Positions 22,189 through 33,446 of a stretch of DNA of 64,000 nucleotides are shown here, one piece after another. The notes beneath the pieces were generated by a model. The model worked only from the letters and a program-made list of their open reading frames with translations. It was not told the DNA's origin and ran no database searches. Origin of the DNA: Heteronotia binoei (taxonomy: Eukaryota); contig NC_083241.1 in assembly GCF_032191835.1 (NCBI RefSeq), positions 36,022,001 through 36,086,000 of the forward strand. The letters run 5' to 3'. Each line of letters opens with the position of its first letter. Position 1 is the first letter of the stretch. The translations under genes and the position numbers were made by a program.

Positions 22189-24474
22189 CGGACCGTGCAA
22201 CCCTCCTCCAGGTAGGCTGTTAGCTTGCTATTCTCCCATCAGTGTGATGCACAGAGACCACGAAGAAGATAAACAGGTTTCCTACCTGTAACTGATGATC
22301 TTCGAGTGGTCATCTGTGCAGTCACACTACCCGCCCACTTTCCCCACTGCTGCTGGTCCGTCCCAGGGGCTCATGCAGCGGTCAGAAGGAACTGGCGGGA
22401 TGTCCGCTCCTGTCCCGGTGAGCATGCGCGTGGGGGGGTGCCTGCGCATGCGCACCAGGACAGGGGCGCGGAAATCCGCGACTTTGAAGTTACCGATCGT
22501 GATCGGTGCCGGCGCCTTCTCCCATCAGTGTGACTGCACAGATGACCACTCGAAGATCATCAGTTACAGGTAGGAAACCTGTTTTTATAGTGACCAAATA
22601 ACTAAGATGTAATTCATGGAATAGCAAACATCACAAGAAGCATCATTTAGAGGTACACAATCAAAATAAATAATTCTTCCACCAAGGAGTCCTGACGGGC
22701 AGGCAGTCGACTTAAAAGGTCCTGCTTCGATTACTCTTCCAGCATAGGGTGCTCCATGAATCATTACAAAAGGCGTCCAAATTTAAAATGAATTTGCAGC
22801 AATGTTTTCAGTGCATTTCGCAACTGCTTAAATGCTTTCAATGAATAAATGAGAACTCGAAATCTCTCGTGTGATTTCAAACCGGCACTTCGCTCAAAAA
22901 CGGCTCAAGGCCGTTTTCCTCCCCCTGCACACTTTCTGACCCTCTACCCCCAGGTGGGGCTTGGCAACCATAGATAGGGGATAGTTTGAGGTTTATTTCT
23001 CTCCCACCTCCCCTTGTGCATAAGAAAATTTGCTTTGAGTGCACCTAAGGTGCATGGGCCTTGAGCTGGATGGCCCCTAGGCTAGCCCAGTCTCATCAGA
23101 TCTTGAAAGCTAAGTAGTCTTGGCCCTGGTTAGTCTTTGGATGGGAGACCTCCAAAGGGTTGCTACGCAGAGACAGGCCATGGCAAACCACCTCTGTCTG
23201 GTCTCTTGCCTTGAGAAACCCCACGGGGTCATCATCAGTCAGCTGTGATTTGGAGCCAAAGAAAAAAGGTTCATGAGACTCATCGAGGAGAAATGAAGCA
23301 CAAGCTTTCAAGTCTCACAGTGTCCCTAAAGCACAATATTTGGTCTGGCAAAGAGCTTAAGGGAATGTGGGTAAACGCATGTACTCCGCCAGCCTCCCGC
23401 TATCTGCTCCAGATACACAAAGAGCTCAGTTCAGCAGCACAGAGCGTTATCGGCAGTCAGAGGCCTTGGCCCAGAATGTTTGAAGTGCATTTGTGCCACC
23501 CTCCCCCCCCCCCCCCAGTTCTCAGTGAATGCATTTCTATCGCTTTTAGATTAGAGCACAGATGGAGTGAGACTGTGTCATCAAAATTCTTCTTGCGCTC
23601 CGTAAGCGAGCAGGATACAGAGGAGCATTACGGAACTTTTGTTGTTATGCACGAGCGTGGCACATCCACACTTTTTTTTTTTTTTTAGCATTTCTGAGGT
23701 TCTTTCCAAAAAAAGAAACCATGTTTGAGTTGCTGAACGCAGCCACCTTGGCTTTTCTTTACTGAACGTTTCCAGCCACAAACAAGCCGCTGATCTGAAT
23801 TACGACCTTGCCTTCTGACGGAGTTACACATGTATAAATTGCAGAAGAGGAACATCGGAAGTCTTTTGTGGAGATAAATTGCCTTTTCCCCTTCCCCGTG
23901 GCCAAATGTAACCACAAAACAAGCCTCAAGGGCTTGATTGCTTACTATCCTAAGTCTCCTCCACCCCTTAAGAACAGCAAGTCCCACATTCTTGGGACCG
24001 AGAAACCGGTAGTCTCCTGCATTTGCGTTCCTTCCTACTGAAATCGACACACCTTGCCCCGAAGTGCATTGGCAAGCACTAACGCAAAAGCCGTCTGTAC
24101 TTACGTAGAGATAGCGAATGCACTCTCCTGTGTTTGTCTTGGAGTGGCTGGTGACTGCAAACGCCTGTTGAGCTTTCAGGAGGTCAGAACCTTCTTGTGT
24201 GTGTTTTTAAAGTGCCAACTGGGACGCGTGGTGGTAAGGCCCTACAGGAAAGAAAATTAGCCGCCTAAGGTTCTGTTTTGGACACATCCTCCAGGTGGGT
24301 TCTGTTCTGTGTTCCTCCCCCTTTCCATTGTTAGGGGAGGGAGGTACTTTTTTTTTGCCTTTGCAATATCGCTCTGAAGCGCAAACAGGAGATAAGGGCA
24401 AAAAAAAAAAGAACAGAAAAAGAAAGGCCACTTGCTTCTGATGAATGGGCGTTTATTTGGCAACTCTTCTCTGC

Positions 24475-24680
24475 CTTGACATTGATTGCACAGGCTAACT
24501 AGATCTCATCAGATCTCAAAAGCTAAGCAGGGTCAGCCCTGGTAAGTACTTGGATGGGAGACCACCAAGGAAGTCCAGAGTTGCGGTATAGTGGCAGGCA
24601 ATGGCAAATCCCCTCTAAACATCTCTTGCCTTGAAAACCCTACACAGTCTACCATAAGTCATCTACAGCATTTTACATGC
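24475..24680 (+). mobile_element. 5S-rRNA-headed SINE with RTE-like tail
   Basis: GATCTC..AAGCTAAGCAGGGTC.GCCCTGGT..GTACTTGGATGGGAGACC matches vertebrate 5S boxes A-IE-C. Followed by GGCAATGGCAAA..CCTCT..TCTCTTGCCTTGAAAACCCTA. Other copies at 7129-7344 (-) and, on +, 10972-11170, 15500-16030, 23065-23262, 25310-26030, 50660-51110, 51105-51335, 52667-52860 and 56065-56275. Confidence 0.8.
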
Positions 24681-25474
24681 ACCCTTTCCTGCCTATTTAA
24701 AGTATTCCCAGATCATCTTGAAAACTCGTCCACCCATCCATAAGTTTACTTACTTTTTACCATCTTTTTGCCCCTTTCTCCCAAGAAGTTTCTTTCAAGT
24801 CACGTGACAGTCACATCTGGGCTCATTTGGTCTCTGCACCCTCCCAGCCATCCACACATTTGATGCAGAGGTGGGGGGGTTTGTTAAAGAGCCACCAGAG
24901 CTGCTCCTCCCTCTCTGTGGGTGGCGGGGGTGGATGGGTGACAATACTGGCTCTGCATGCCGTATGAACAGCTGCAGGGTGTAGGAATAAATCTGGCCTG
25001 ATTTCTTTGTACTGCTTGGACTCGAAACACCTGTTGTCTCCCTCCTCGTGTCTCCCTGCTGTCCCTCTGCATGGTGAGTGCCGTGCCGGTTTCGGTGCTG
25101 CTGTCATAAGGAGTCCCTACATAGCTTTTTGCTCCTGTCCTTTCTCCATGGATGGGCTCTTGTTCAGCGGCAACATGTGTGCTCCAGAGGCTTGAGGATA
25201 TAGTAAATGAGATGCCAGAATTTTTTTTGGGGGGGAGGGTGTCCATTGTCTTGTCTGATAAAAATAATAGAGGGCTAAAAACCCCCAAAAAGAGCTCCCT
25301 TCAGGCCCTTTTGGCCCTGACCTGGGCTAGCCCAATCTTGTCAGATCTTAGAAGCTAAGCCAGGTTGTCCGTGCTTAATATTTGGACGGGAGACCACTGA
25401 AAAAGTCCATTGTCACTACAGAGACAGGCAATGGCAAACTGCCTCTGAACATCTGTCGCCTTGAAAACCCTATG

Positions 25475-25967
25475 TAGAGGTGTCAAACATGCATCCTGGG
25501 GGCCAAATCAGGCCCCCAGAGGGCTCCTATCAGGCCCCTGAGCAACTGACTCTTGTCTCCCCTCTCTTGTTTCCTTCTGCATCTCAGCTTGCTTTGCCAG
25601 GCTCTGTCAGTCACACAACAGAGCTACTGAGCCAAGCCTCTCTTCCTTCTATTGACTGAGGCTCCTCCCCCCCCCCCACCAGTCCCTGGGGAATGAAGGA
25701 AAGAGCTTCCTTTGCCCACTTCCCTGGCTCCAATGGAAGAAATAGAAAGAGAGCACCTTAAAGACCAATGAGTGCTCATGTTTTAAGTTTAAAGAAAACC
25801 CCAAACATTTAATCGTGTTTGTCTGTGTTCTTTAAAAAGTTTAAGTCCCTGCTACCTAATCTTAAATAGGTACGCACATGGCCCAGCCCAACACAGCTCA
25901 GCCTGGCCCGACAACGTCTCGTTTATGTCAGATCTGGCCCTCATAACAAATGAGTTTGACACCTCTG
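25475..25967. mobile_element. hAT MITE nested in a 5S-headed SINE
   Basis: GGTGTCAAAC / GTTTGACACC TIRs; same family as 37769-38403. Confidence 0.85.
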
Positions 25968-26609
25968 CCCTACAGGGTGCCCATAAGTCATCTGCGACTT
26001 GACGGCAAAATGTATCGGGTCCTTTTGCGCTTTCTGACCACATATATATATTTACTTACAACGTACATACTACCGGTGTGGTGTAACGCGTAGACTGTCG
26101 GACCAGGACCTGGGATGATCGGGTTCAAATCTCTTGCTCAACCATGGAAGCCTGCCAGGTGACCTTGAGTATGTCATAATCTCTCAGCCTGTCCTTCCTT
26201 CACAAGGTTGTTTCACAGGGTAGCCTTGTGGGTCTGTTTCATGTAGCGGTGGCCACGAGAGAGAATGCACATGTACTGGATTTATTGGAAACGGGGGCCA
26301 GCATCTGTAGGTCTACATTTGCACCTGGGGTAGTACCTTGGCAGAAGCTGCCTATTCAGTTAGTTGTGCAGTTTTGCCACAATATCAGTATATAGTTTTG
26401 CAAATGAAGTTGTTGAGCTTTCTTAATGTACCATCACTTGCTGTTATTCCCAGGGGCATCCTCAGCCCGGTTACCCCCTTCTGCGGGCAAGCTATAGGAA
26501 TTAAAAGCATCTTCTTTTACACTGTAGGGCTGTGAGAAAGTCTTCCAGTATGTAACCTGGGTTGTGACTCCCTCGCATTCACCCTACAAACAGTATGAAA
26601 CATTAGGAC

Positions 26610-26803
26610 CAATGTTCCCTCTAAACTGAGTTAGTGTGAGCTAGCTCACAATTTTTTAGCCTCCGGCTCACACATCTTTGTCTTAGCTCAGGAAAAATGG
26701 CCCCAGAGCAAACTACTTTATGCAGTAGCTCACAACTCTAATGCCAGTAGCTCACAAAGTAGAATTTTTGCTTACAAGACCCCACAGCTTAGAGGGAACA
26801 TTG
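26610..26803. mobile_element. hAT MITE (CAATGTTCCCTCTAA family)
   Basis: Perfect TSD ATTAGGAC (26602-26609, 26804-26811). Confidence 0.92.
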
Positions 26804-27983
26804 ATTAGGACGTGTGGGTATGTAGAGACTAATGTTCATAATAGCCCTAAACTGACAGGCTGAGAGGTTGTGATGGACTCAGGGTCACCTGGCAGGCTTC
26901 CATGGTTAAGCAAGAGATTTGAACCCGGCCATCTCAGGTTCCTAAACTAATCAGCCTGGACCAAAGATGAATAGTATTTTCCTGCTTTCCTTTAAGCAAT
27001 CTCTCTCCCCATCCCCCACCGCCCTCCACCTATCTGCAAGAGCAAGATTGCTTCTGGCAAAACAAGAAGGGCTAGTCAGTCTCTCGCTGCAGAAACCTCT
27101 CCAATGTCACTGTGGATTTCAGCTAAGGCAAGTGGAACCTTTCCATGTCCTGCAACCTTTCCGTGTTCTTTCCATTCACTGGAAGCAGCTTTTTGGGAGA
27201 GAGAGGAGGAATGGAGCTTGGAGGACCTCAGCTTTGTCCTCTGTTGTTCCAAGCAGGGAAGAAGAAGGCTCAAACTATCTTTTGCTGATGTAGGCAAAGG
27301 ACAAGGAATACATCAGTAAACACCATAGCAAGGCTGTTCACTCTAAGCAGTTCCTATGCCAGCCATGTACCATAAATGCAAGGTTCTTCTTTGTGGTCTT
27401 TTTGCATTGCACTGATGAAAGTTGTGCCTGCGCAGAGCACTGATTTGGGAACTTCGAGAGCAGAGGGCCCTCAAATGTTTTGAGCCCATGTGTACTTCTG
27501 CAATTTTGAGGGATTTTCATAACAGCCATAAACTGACAGGCTGAGAGGTTGTGATGGACTCAGTGTCACCTGGCCTCCCCAAAAAGAGTTTCTGCAGGAG
27601 GCGGAGCCAAACAAATGGCTACCATTGGAGGTGGAGCCAAGTGGAATCCTCCATGTCCTCTCACCTGAAAGGAAGAAAAGCCTGGAGGGAAAATGGAATC
27701 ATACACTGAATAAGGGAAAGCCCAGGTGCTTACAAGTCCTCCTGATCTTCCAATGGAAAACACCTTCACTTGGATGAGGGTTGCCAATAACAATGGCCCC
27801 ACCCACTTTCTGAAAAGCTCATTGAGTGCTAAGTAAAGTGCTGGCACCCATGGGTACCTCGTTGGGGAATCCTGTTCTAGAGTTATGTAGGGTTGCCTTT
27901 CGTTCATGCTTATGGTTTAACATGAAACTTCACTGCCAAGTTCAGTAATAATTTGGCTTACATTTTCCCCCCTTCTTTTACAG

Positions 27984-28081
27984 AAACCATTCTCTGTGAT
28001 GCTGGTCGTTCATGACAGCGGAGCTGGATATAGCTAATCAGGTGCTGCTGTGGTTGCAACTTCCAACATGACCAATCCTCA
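27984..28081 (+). CDS. TMEM266: TMEM266 first coding exon (UTR 27984-28067; ATG at 28068, MTNPQ)
   Basis: Pyrimidine tract + CAG acceptor at 27981-27983 and GTAAGT donor at 28082. ATG ACC AAT CCT CA joins in phase to G CCT CCT of the next exon, giving MTNPQPPIDGG, which matches my recollection of the TMEM266 N-terminus (MTNPQPAIEGG). Confidence 0.88.
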
Positions 28082-28685
28082 GTAAGTGCTGATAAGAAGA
28101 AACTATGGAGCTTGGGTTTTGGTGCTATGTGAACAGTCTTGACTGCAAAATGTCCTTTTTTATAGGGTCTTCTACACCTATGTAAGAGCTTCCCAGTTCA
28201 AATTGGGAGCCAGCGTGTGCTATAGTGGTTAAGAGCAGTGGATTCTGTTCTGGGTAACTGTGTTTGATTTCCCTTGCTTCCACATGAAACCAACTAAGTG
28301 ACCTCGGGCCAGTCATGGCTCTCTCAGTGTTCTCTCAGCCCCAGCTATCTCACAGGGTGCTTGTTGTGGGGAAGGAAAGGAAGGCAATTGTAAGCCACTT
28401 TGAGACACCTTAAGGTACACCTTAAGAAAAGAGACACCTTAAGAAAAGCAGGCTATAAAAAACCTTCTGTTCTTCAGCAAACTGAGTCTGTGAATAAAAA
28501 TTATCAAATATATGTTCTTGTCATTGAAGTGCTAGAGTCTAAGTGCTGTTTTATGTATTTATCACTTTGGCCTGGAAGCTGGAGAAATTATTTAATTATA
28601 AATCATGAAATGAATTTCAGACCTTTCTGTTTTTCTTCCCACTCATCCACCTCCAACATGCATATATCGTCATCAGTGTTCTTTC

Positions 28686-29005
28686 TAGGGGTTTGCAAAG
28701 AACAATGGTATTTTGGGGGTTCAAGTATATTGAACCCCCAAAATATCGGTATTTCTGGATATTCCTGAATCTCAATACCAGTATGGAATTCAGATTACGG
28801 AAATATTCAGGAAACCTGAATTTCTTTGGCTCCGTAATACCCTATAGAGACCATAGTCCCTGTATTTTGAGGATTTTCAGATCTTGGCCATTTTGGTTAG
28901 ATAAACAGTATCCGAAATCTAAATCCAGCTTAATCAATACCTGAAAAATACCAAAGTATTTTCCAGGTAATTTTTCAGCTTGGATTTAGCCGAATGCACA
29001 TCCCC
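28686..29005. mobile_element. decayed MITE (TAGGG..TGCA / TGCACATCCC ends) with internal CCGAA/TTCGG-like repeats
   Basis: Imperfect TIRs. Confidence 0.5.
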
Positions 29006-30736
29006 AGTTTCTACTAAGTATCTGCTTCCCATAATGGGCTTTTCGCAACATACTGGGTTAAGTTTCACATTGAGCATTCTGAAAATGTGTGTTCTGATTG
29101 CCTTTTTTCCTTTCCAGGGCTTTGTTCTCTGTCTTTGTTTCAAACACTCCTGCCACATACAGCGGGACAGACCAGGGGTCTGCAACTTGGTGGCTCTGGA
29201 GCTGAATGTAGCTCAAGAATTTTGATCACCTTCTTTAGAGAGCAGTCAGTGTAGTGACTTCAGTCAAATTGTAAAGGCAACAATGGAAACAAGGCAATTC
29301 TTGCCACTGCTTCCATCAGAAAAAAAGTATATCTTTCCAGCCGCTGTATTATTTGGGGGAGGTGATATGAGCAAAACAGAGTGCAGTATTTCTACAGAAC
29401 GGAGCAAGCTCTCCTGCATTACCAGCAGAGAGATCTATAACTGCGTCCCAGCATGATTCGGAGGACAGACGTTTGCCTGAATAAATGGGAATCTATCCCA
29501 TCCCTGCTGGGGTGTAGTATGCCAAATCTCCTCTAAGGTCCTTTCCTCCATTCCATTGGATATAAAATACCAAACGAGCAATAATGTATGGGAGTGTTTT
29601 GTCATCATGGTGTAGTGCTTCCAGACACGCGAATCTCTGGAACCATAAGCATCTGGAAAACAATGTTGCTAAAAACGGGGATTTTTTGTTAATTAAGAAC
29701 ATGAGAGGAGCCCTGCTGGATCAGACCAAGTCCAGCATTCTGTTTGCACAGTGTCCAACCAGCTGTCTTCAGGAAGCCCATCAGCGGGAAGACTGTAATA
29801 GCATCCTCCCTTCCCTCCTGCCCGTAACCTTCCTGAACTTCTATAAAGAGGGACACTATCTCTGGTACTGGAGGAAGTAGATATTCATTATGCCTGTTAG
29901 CCATTGAATGCCCCTACCATCTGTGAATTTGTCCACTTCCTTTTTCAAGCCTTCCAAGGTATTCATTGGAATGTTCTTCCCCTGCTTTTCTTCCCAGTGG
30001 TGACCCAAAAGTGGCTGGGGGGGGGTGGGAATGCAGTTTGAATAAACAGAAAAACAAAAAGTGTAATAAACTACATCCTCAGCTGACCCTGGATCCGCTA
30101 AGCTGGGCTGGTCAAAACCAGCAGTTGAAATCTTGGGCCAAGAGCCTTTGGATTGCCTCTGGTCATGTCCAGGCTTTAATATCTGCAGCAGAAAGGGGGA
30201 GAGATGCCTAGCATGGATTGTATGGTTTTAATACTTGCAACAGGAAAGGGGACAGAAACCCAGTGCAGATTGTATGTAGCTTGCAGGCATGATCCCCAGA
30301 AGTCCCCCCTCCCCCTTGGTAGAAGAACCTCTGGCCACTCCTAGGTTTTAAGGCCTCTCCAAGCAGTTTCCAGATAGAGGTCCAGCTCCCCAAGAAGAGA
30401 TCCCAAACCTATGGGCAACCAGTAATGGGGATGTAATTCCGAGGAGAAGAGTAGCAAACAAAGATGCTGAGGCATGTGCCTGTAGGGGCAGCATCCAACC
30501 TGGAGCCCCCGAAAGCGGGCAGGCCCCCAGATGTGGTCCTCTCTCCCACTCTCCTGTTCTTTATGACATGTAGCGCTTGAAGTATTTTAACAGTTTGAGG
30601 GAGGATGCATCAGCCTGCTAGTCATCAAGCTTATTCGTATAACTAGCCTGGTTTAAGTCAATTTGAATTCTGCTGCTTGCCATTCTCACTGATTACATGT
30701 TTCTCTCCCCGCCCTGTTTTGTTTGCTCTTTGACAG

Positions 30737-30925
30737 GCCTCCTATAGATGGTGGAGTTTCAGAAGTGGAAATAATTTCGCAGCAAGTAGAAGAAGAGACC
30801 AAAAGCATAGCGCCTGTGCAGCTTGTTAATTTTGCTTACCGGGATTTGCCACTAGCTGCAGTAGATCTGTCCATAGCAGGTTCTCAGCTCTTGTCAAATT
30901 TGGACGAGGAGTACCAAAGAGAAGG
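30737..30925 (+). CDS. TMEM266: TMEM266 coding exon (189 nt; QPPIDGGVSEVEIISQQVEEETKSIAPVQLVNFAYRDLPLAAVDLSIAGSQLLSNLDEEYQREG)
   Basis: TTTGACAG acceptor and GG|GTAAGT donor. The peptide is nearly identical to recalled human TMEM266 N-terminal cytoplasmic sequence. Confidence 0.95.
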
Positions 30926-32635
30926 GTAAGTGCCAAATGACTATTTATTTAAATACCTTTTCTGTAGCTTGCTTTCCAGTGCTCTGAAGATAGCTGGTAC
31001 CTTATTAAAATCTGCATCTTCTAAAGGCAAAGCGTATTCTCACTAAAGTTCTGTGGGCTGAAGTTCTGCCGAAACTGCTGTCGTCAAGGGTAGGTGGTTT
31101 CTGCAACTGCATCTTCTTAGCTGGTCTCTGATGGTTTGCAGGCAATTTAATATTCATCTCCCCACTGAGCCTGTCCTCTGAGTAGTTTTAAAAAAAAAAC
31201 CCAAATCCTCTGTTCAGGGAATAAAAGTGCTAGATGACAGTTTTCTGTCTTGACTGTGTTCTTACCTTGAAAGTATAGAATAACCATTGTGTTGAACTTC
31301 TCCACCCCACCCCTGCTGCTAATGAAAATCAGTGCTAAAGGCCAGGGATGTAAAAAGGAATTTATGACTTCCATTGTAGATCAGACAGTGGTGGTTTTGT
31401 GTATTTGGGTAGGTGGAAATCAGAATTGTGAAGATCACAGGATGGAGCGGAGGTGACTTCTGTTGCCCCAGCCCTCAGAAGGTCGGACCAGAACCAGTTG
31501 ACTGAAATAAAATCAAAAGTGTTTTCGACTAAACACTAGGCAAAGGCGAAATGGCTGTCTGACAACAACACTGATTCTGCGAGCTTAGGCAGACCGTGAG
31601 AGCGAGGGCAGGAAGGGATGAGTCAGTGCTGGGCTCCCATGGCCATTTCCTTCATGCCCAAGGTAACGCTGATCACCGCTTTGTGGTCAGTAAGGAGTTT
31701 TCCTACAGGCCAGATTGACCAGGGATCCTGCAACTTTTCCCCTTCCTCTGGGCATAGATTGGGGGTCCCTGGGGGAATGCGTGAGGAGGTAGTTGTGAAT
31801 TTCCTGCACGGTATAGGGGCTTGGAGTATATCACCCTTGAGGTTCCTTCTTTCACAGTGTTTCAAACGGTGAAATCTCAAGTTAAAGCATCTCAGTCCTG
31901 TATTACACCTAATAAGAGCCCTGCTGGATCAGACCAGTGGTACATCCAGTACAGCATCCTGTCTCACACAATGGCCAAGCAGTTCCCCATGCAGGAGAAT
32001 GAGTTAGAAATAAGGTATTAGAATGGACTGCACCACTTGAGATGGTGGGTGGCATACTGTGGAAGCCCGTGTTTTGGACTGCTCCCCTATAGAAATAGCT
32101 CTTTTCAAGGAGGGAAACAACACAGCAAGCAAATATGAATGTGCATGTGTGTGTGCTTAAAAGTTTTCTCTCTGCCGTGCTGGCTTTCTGTTTGCATGGA
32201 CTTTTTAGTGAAAAGAAATATTAAAAGCTGGAACCCATTAACCTGCAGGCTGAAGTGGTGCGGTTCATTCTACCACCTTGTTGCAGAAGGTCCCTGCCAT
32301 CTCCATTTGAAAGGGGATCAGTTTCTAGGTGATGTGAAAGAATGTTTGGATCCATCCCAGTGGGAGGAGGTGGTGACAAGCAGGTGCTCACAGTTTTTGC
32401 TCTCTTTGGGGCAGTCAGAATTTGCTACTTGGCATCTGGGCTGCTAGATGGGATGCCGCAGTGGTCCAAGTTTGCCCGCTGGGCCACCAGTTAACGATGC
32501 CTATCCTAGAATATTTGTTCCAGATACGCCAGTTTGAGGATTTCTTTCTAGCTGTGGAGCTGTGACTTCAGTCATTATTCTTAAGATCCCCATTGCTTAT
32601 TGTACTACTCACCATTTGAAAAAGCAGAATGTGAA

Positions 32636-32840
32636 AGGGGCTGTGTGGCTCAGTAGAAGAGCCTCTGCTTTGCACGCAGAAGGTCCCAGGTTCAATCCCT
32701 GGCATCTCCACTTAAGGACCAGGTAGTAGGTGATGGGAAAGACCTCTGCCTGACACTCTGGAGAGCTGCTGCCTGTCTGAGTAGACAGTACTGACCTTGA
32801 TAGACCAAGGGTCTGATTCAGTAGAAGGCTGTGTGATGTG
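32636..32840 (+). mobile_element. tRNA-headed SINE, second family (GGCTCAGTAGAAGAGC...GGTTCAATCCC head)
   Basis: A/B boxes and GGTCTGATTCAGTA tail. Other copies at 2236-2930 (+, split by a MITE), 11181-11385 (-), 40203-40510 (-) and 42013-42095 (-). Confidence 0.8.
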
Positions 32841-33180
32841 TGTTCTCCTGTATGTATAAACCAGCCAGCCTCATATAGCAGAGCTGAGAGGCAGCAAGTC
32901 TTCCTGATGGTTATTGGCAGTCGGTGTAGGTAGTGCTAGCGGTCAGATTCCATTAAAAAAAAACCCAAGATCCCGTCTTCCAATGCGTTTTGCAAGGGCA
33001 GTAACACAAGCTTACAGTGTCCAACCGCAGTTTGCTTTGTAGTACTTAAGCCTCCTGTGTTATTAACACAAGTCTAAACCAACCTGCTGTTTTACTGGGG
33101 TGGACCTAGGCCTTCCTCCAAGTACCCTTCCACCAACTTAACTGACTCTTTCTCTAATGGGAAGTCCAGTTACATTAGAG

Positions 33181-33446
33181 CAGGGGTCCTGAGCGTTTTG
33201 AGCCTGCAGGCTCCAGAGCCAGCCACAAAAAGGCAACCACAGCTTACCTTCAATCCTACAGTAAAGCGAAAGCTGCTGCCCAAGCAACTTTTTAAAAAAC
33301 ATCTACACAGCCAGTAAAATCTCGAATGGCCTTTCAAGCTGAAAGCCCCACCTGGCCACTCCCACTGATCTAAAAACACTTGATGGGCACCAGCAAAGGT
33401 GTCAGTAGGTACCATAGTGCCTATGGGCACCACATTGGGGTCTCTG
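33181..33446. mobile_element. hAT MITE
   Basis: CAGGGGTCC / GGGGTCTCTG ends; 7/8 TSD (CATTAGAG / TATTAGAG). Confidence 0.75.

Larger units (their letters stand above)
16620..22584 (+). mobile_element. DIRS1-like tyrosine-recombinase retrotransposon, full length (copy A)
   Basis: Left ITR ~16620-16800 is inverted relative to right ITR ~22388-22533. ICR 22231-22270 is the exact reverse complement of 16620-16659, and 22271-22328 the exact reverse complement of 22527-22584. Gag, RT/RH/MT and YR frames lie between. Confidence 0.96.

Noticed and set aside
16610-22592. ATAG on both flanks of DIRS copy A as a target-site duplication
   Set aside because: The two ATAGs are not symmetrically placed relative to the ICR-defined ends, and YR elements are not expected to make true TSDs.
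24490-24580. 5S rRNA genes (here and at ~12 similar sites)
   Set aside because: The 5' end is non-5S, copies are diverged, and each runs into a common SINE body rather than a T-run terminator.
1-27900. NRG4 exons or a TMEM266 promoter/CpG island (NRG4 is recalled as the head-to-head neighbour in human)
   Set aside because: No EGF-domain peptide on the minus strand, and no CpG island outside the DIRS elements. The region is probably a long first intron, but that cannot be shown here.
32636-32710. tRNA genes at SINE heads
   Set aside because: A and B boxes are present, but there is no complete cloverleaf, and each continues into a SINE body.
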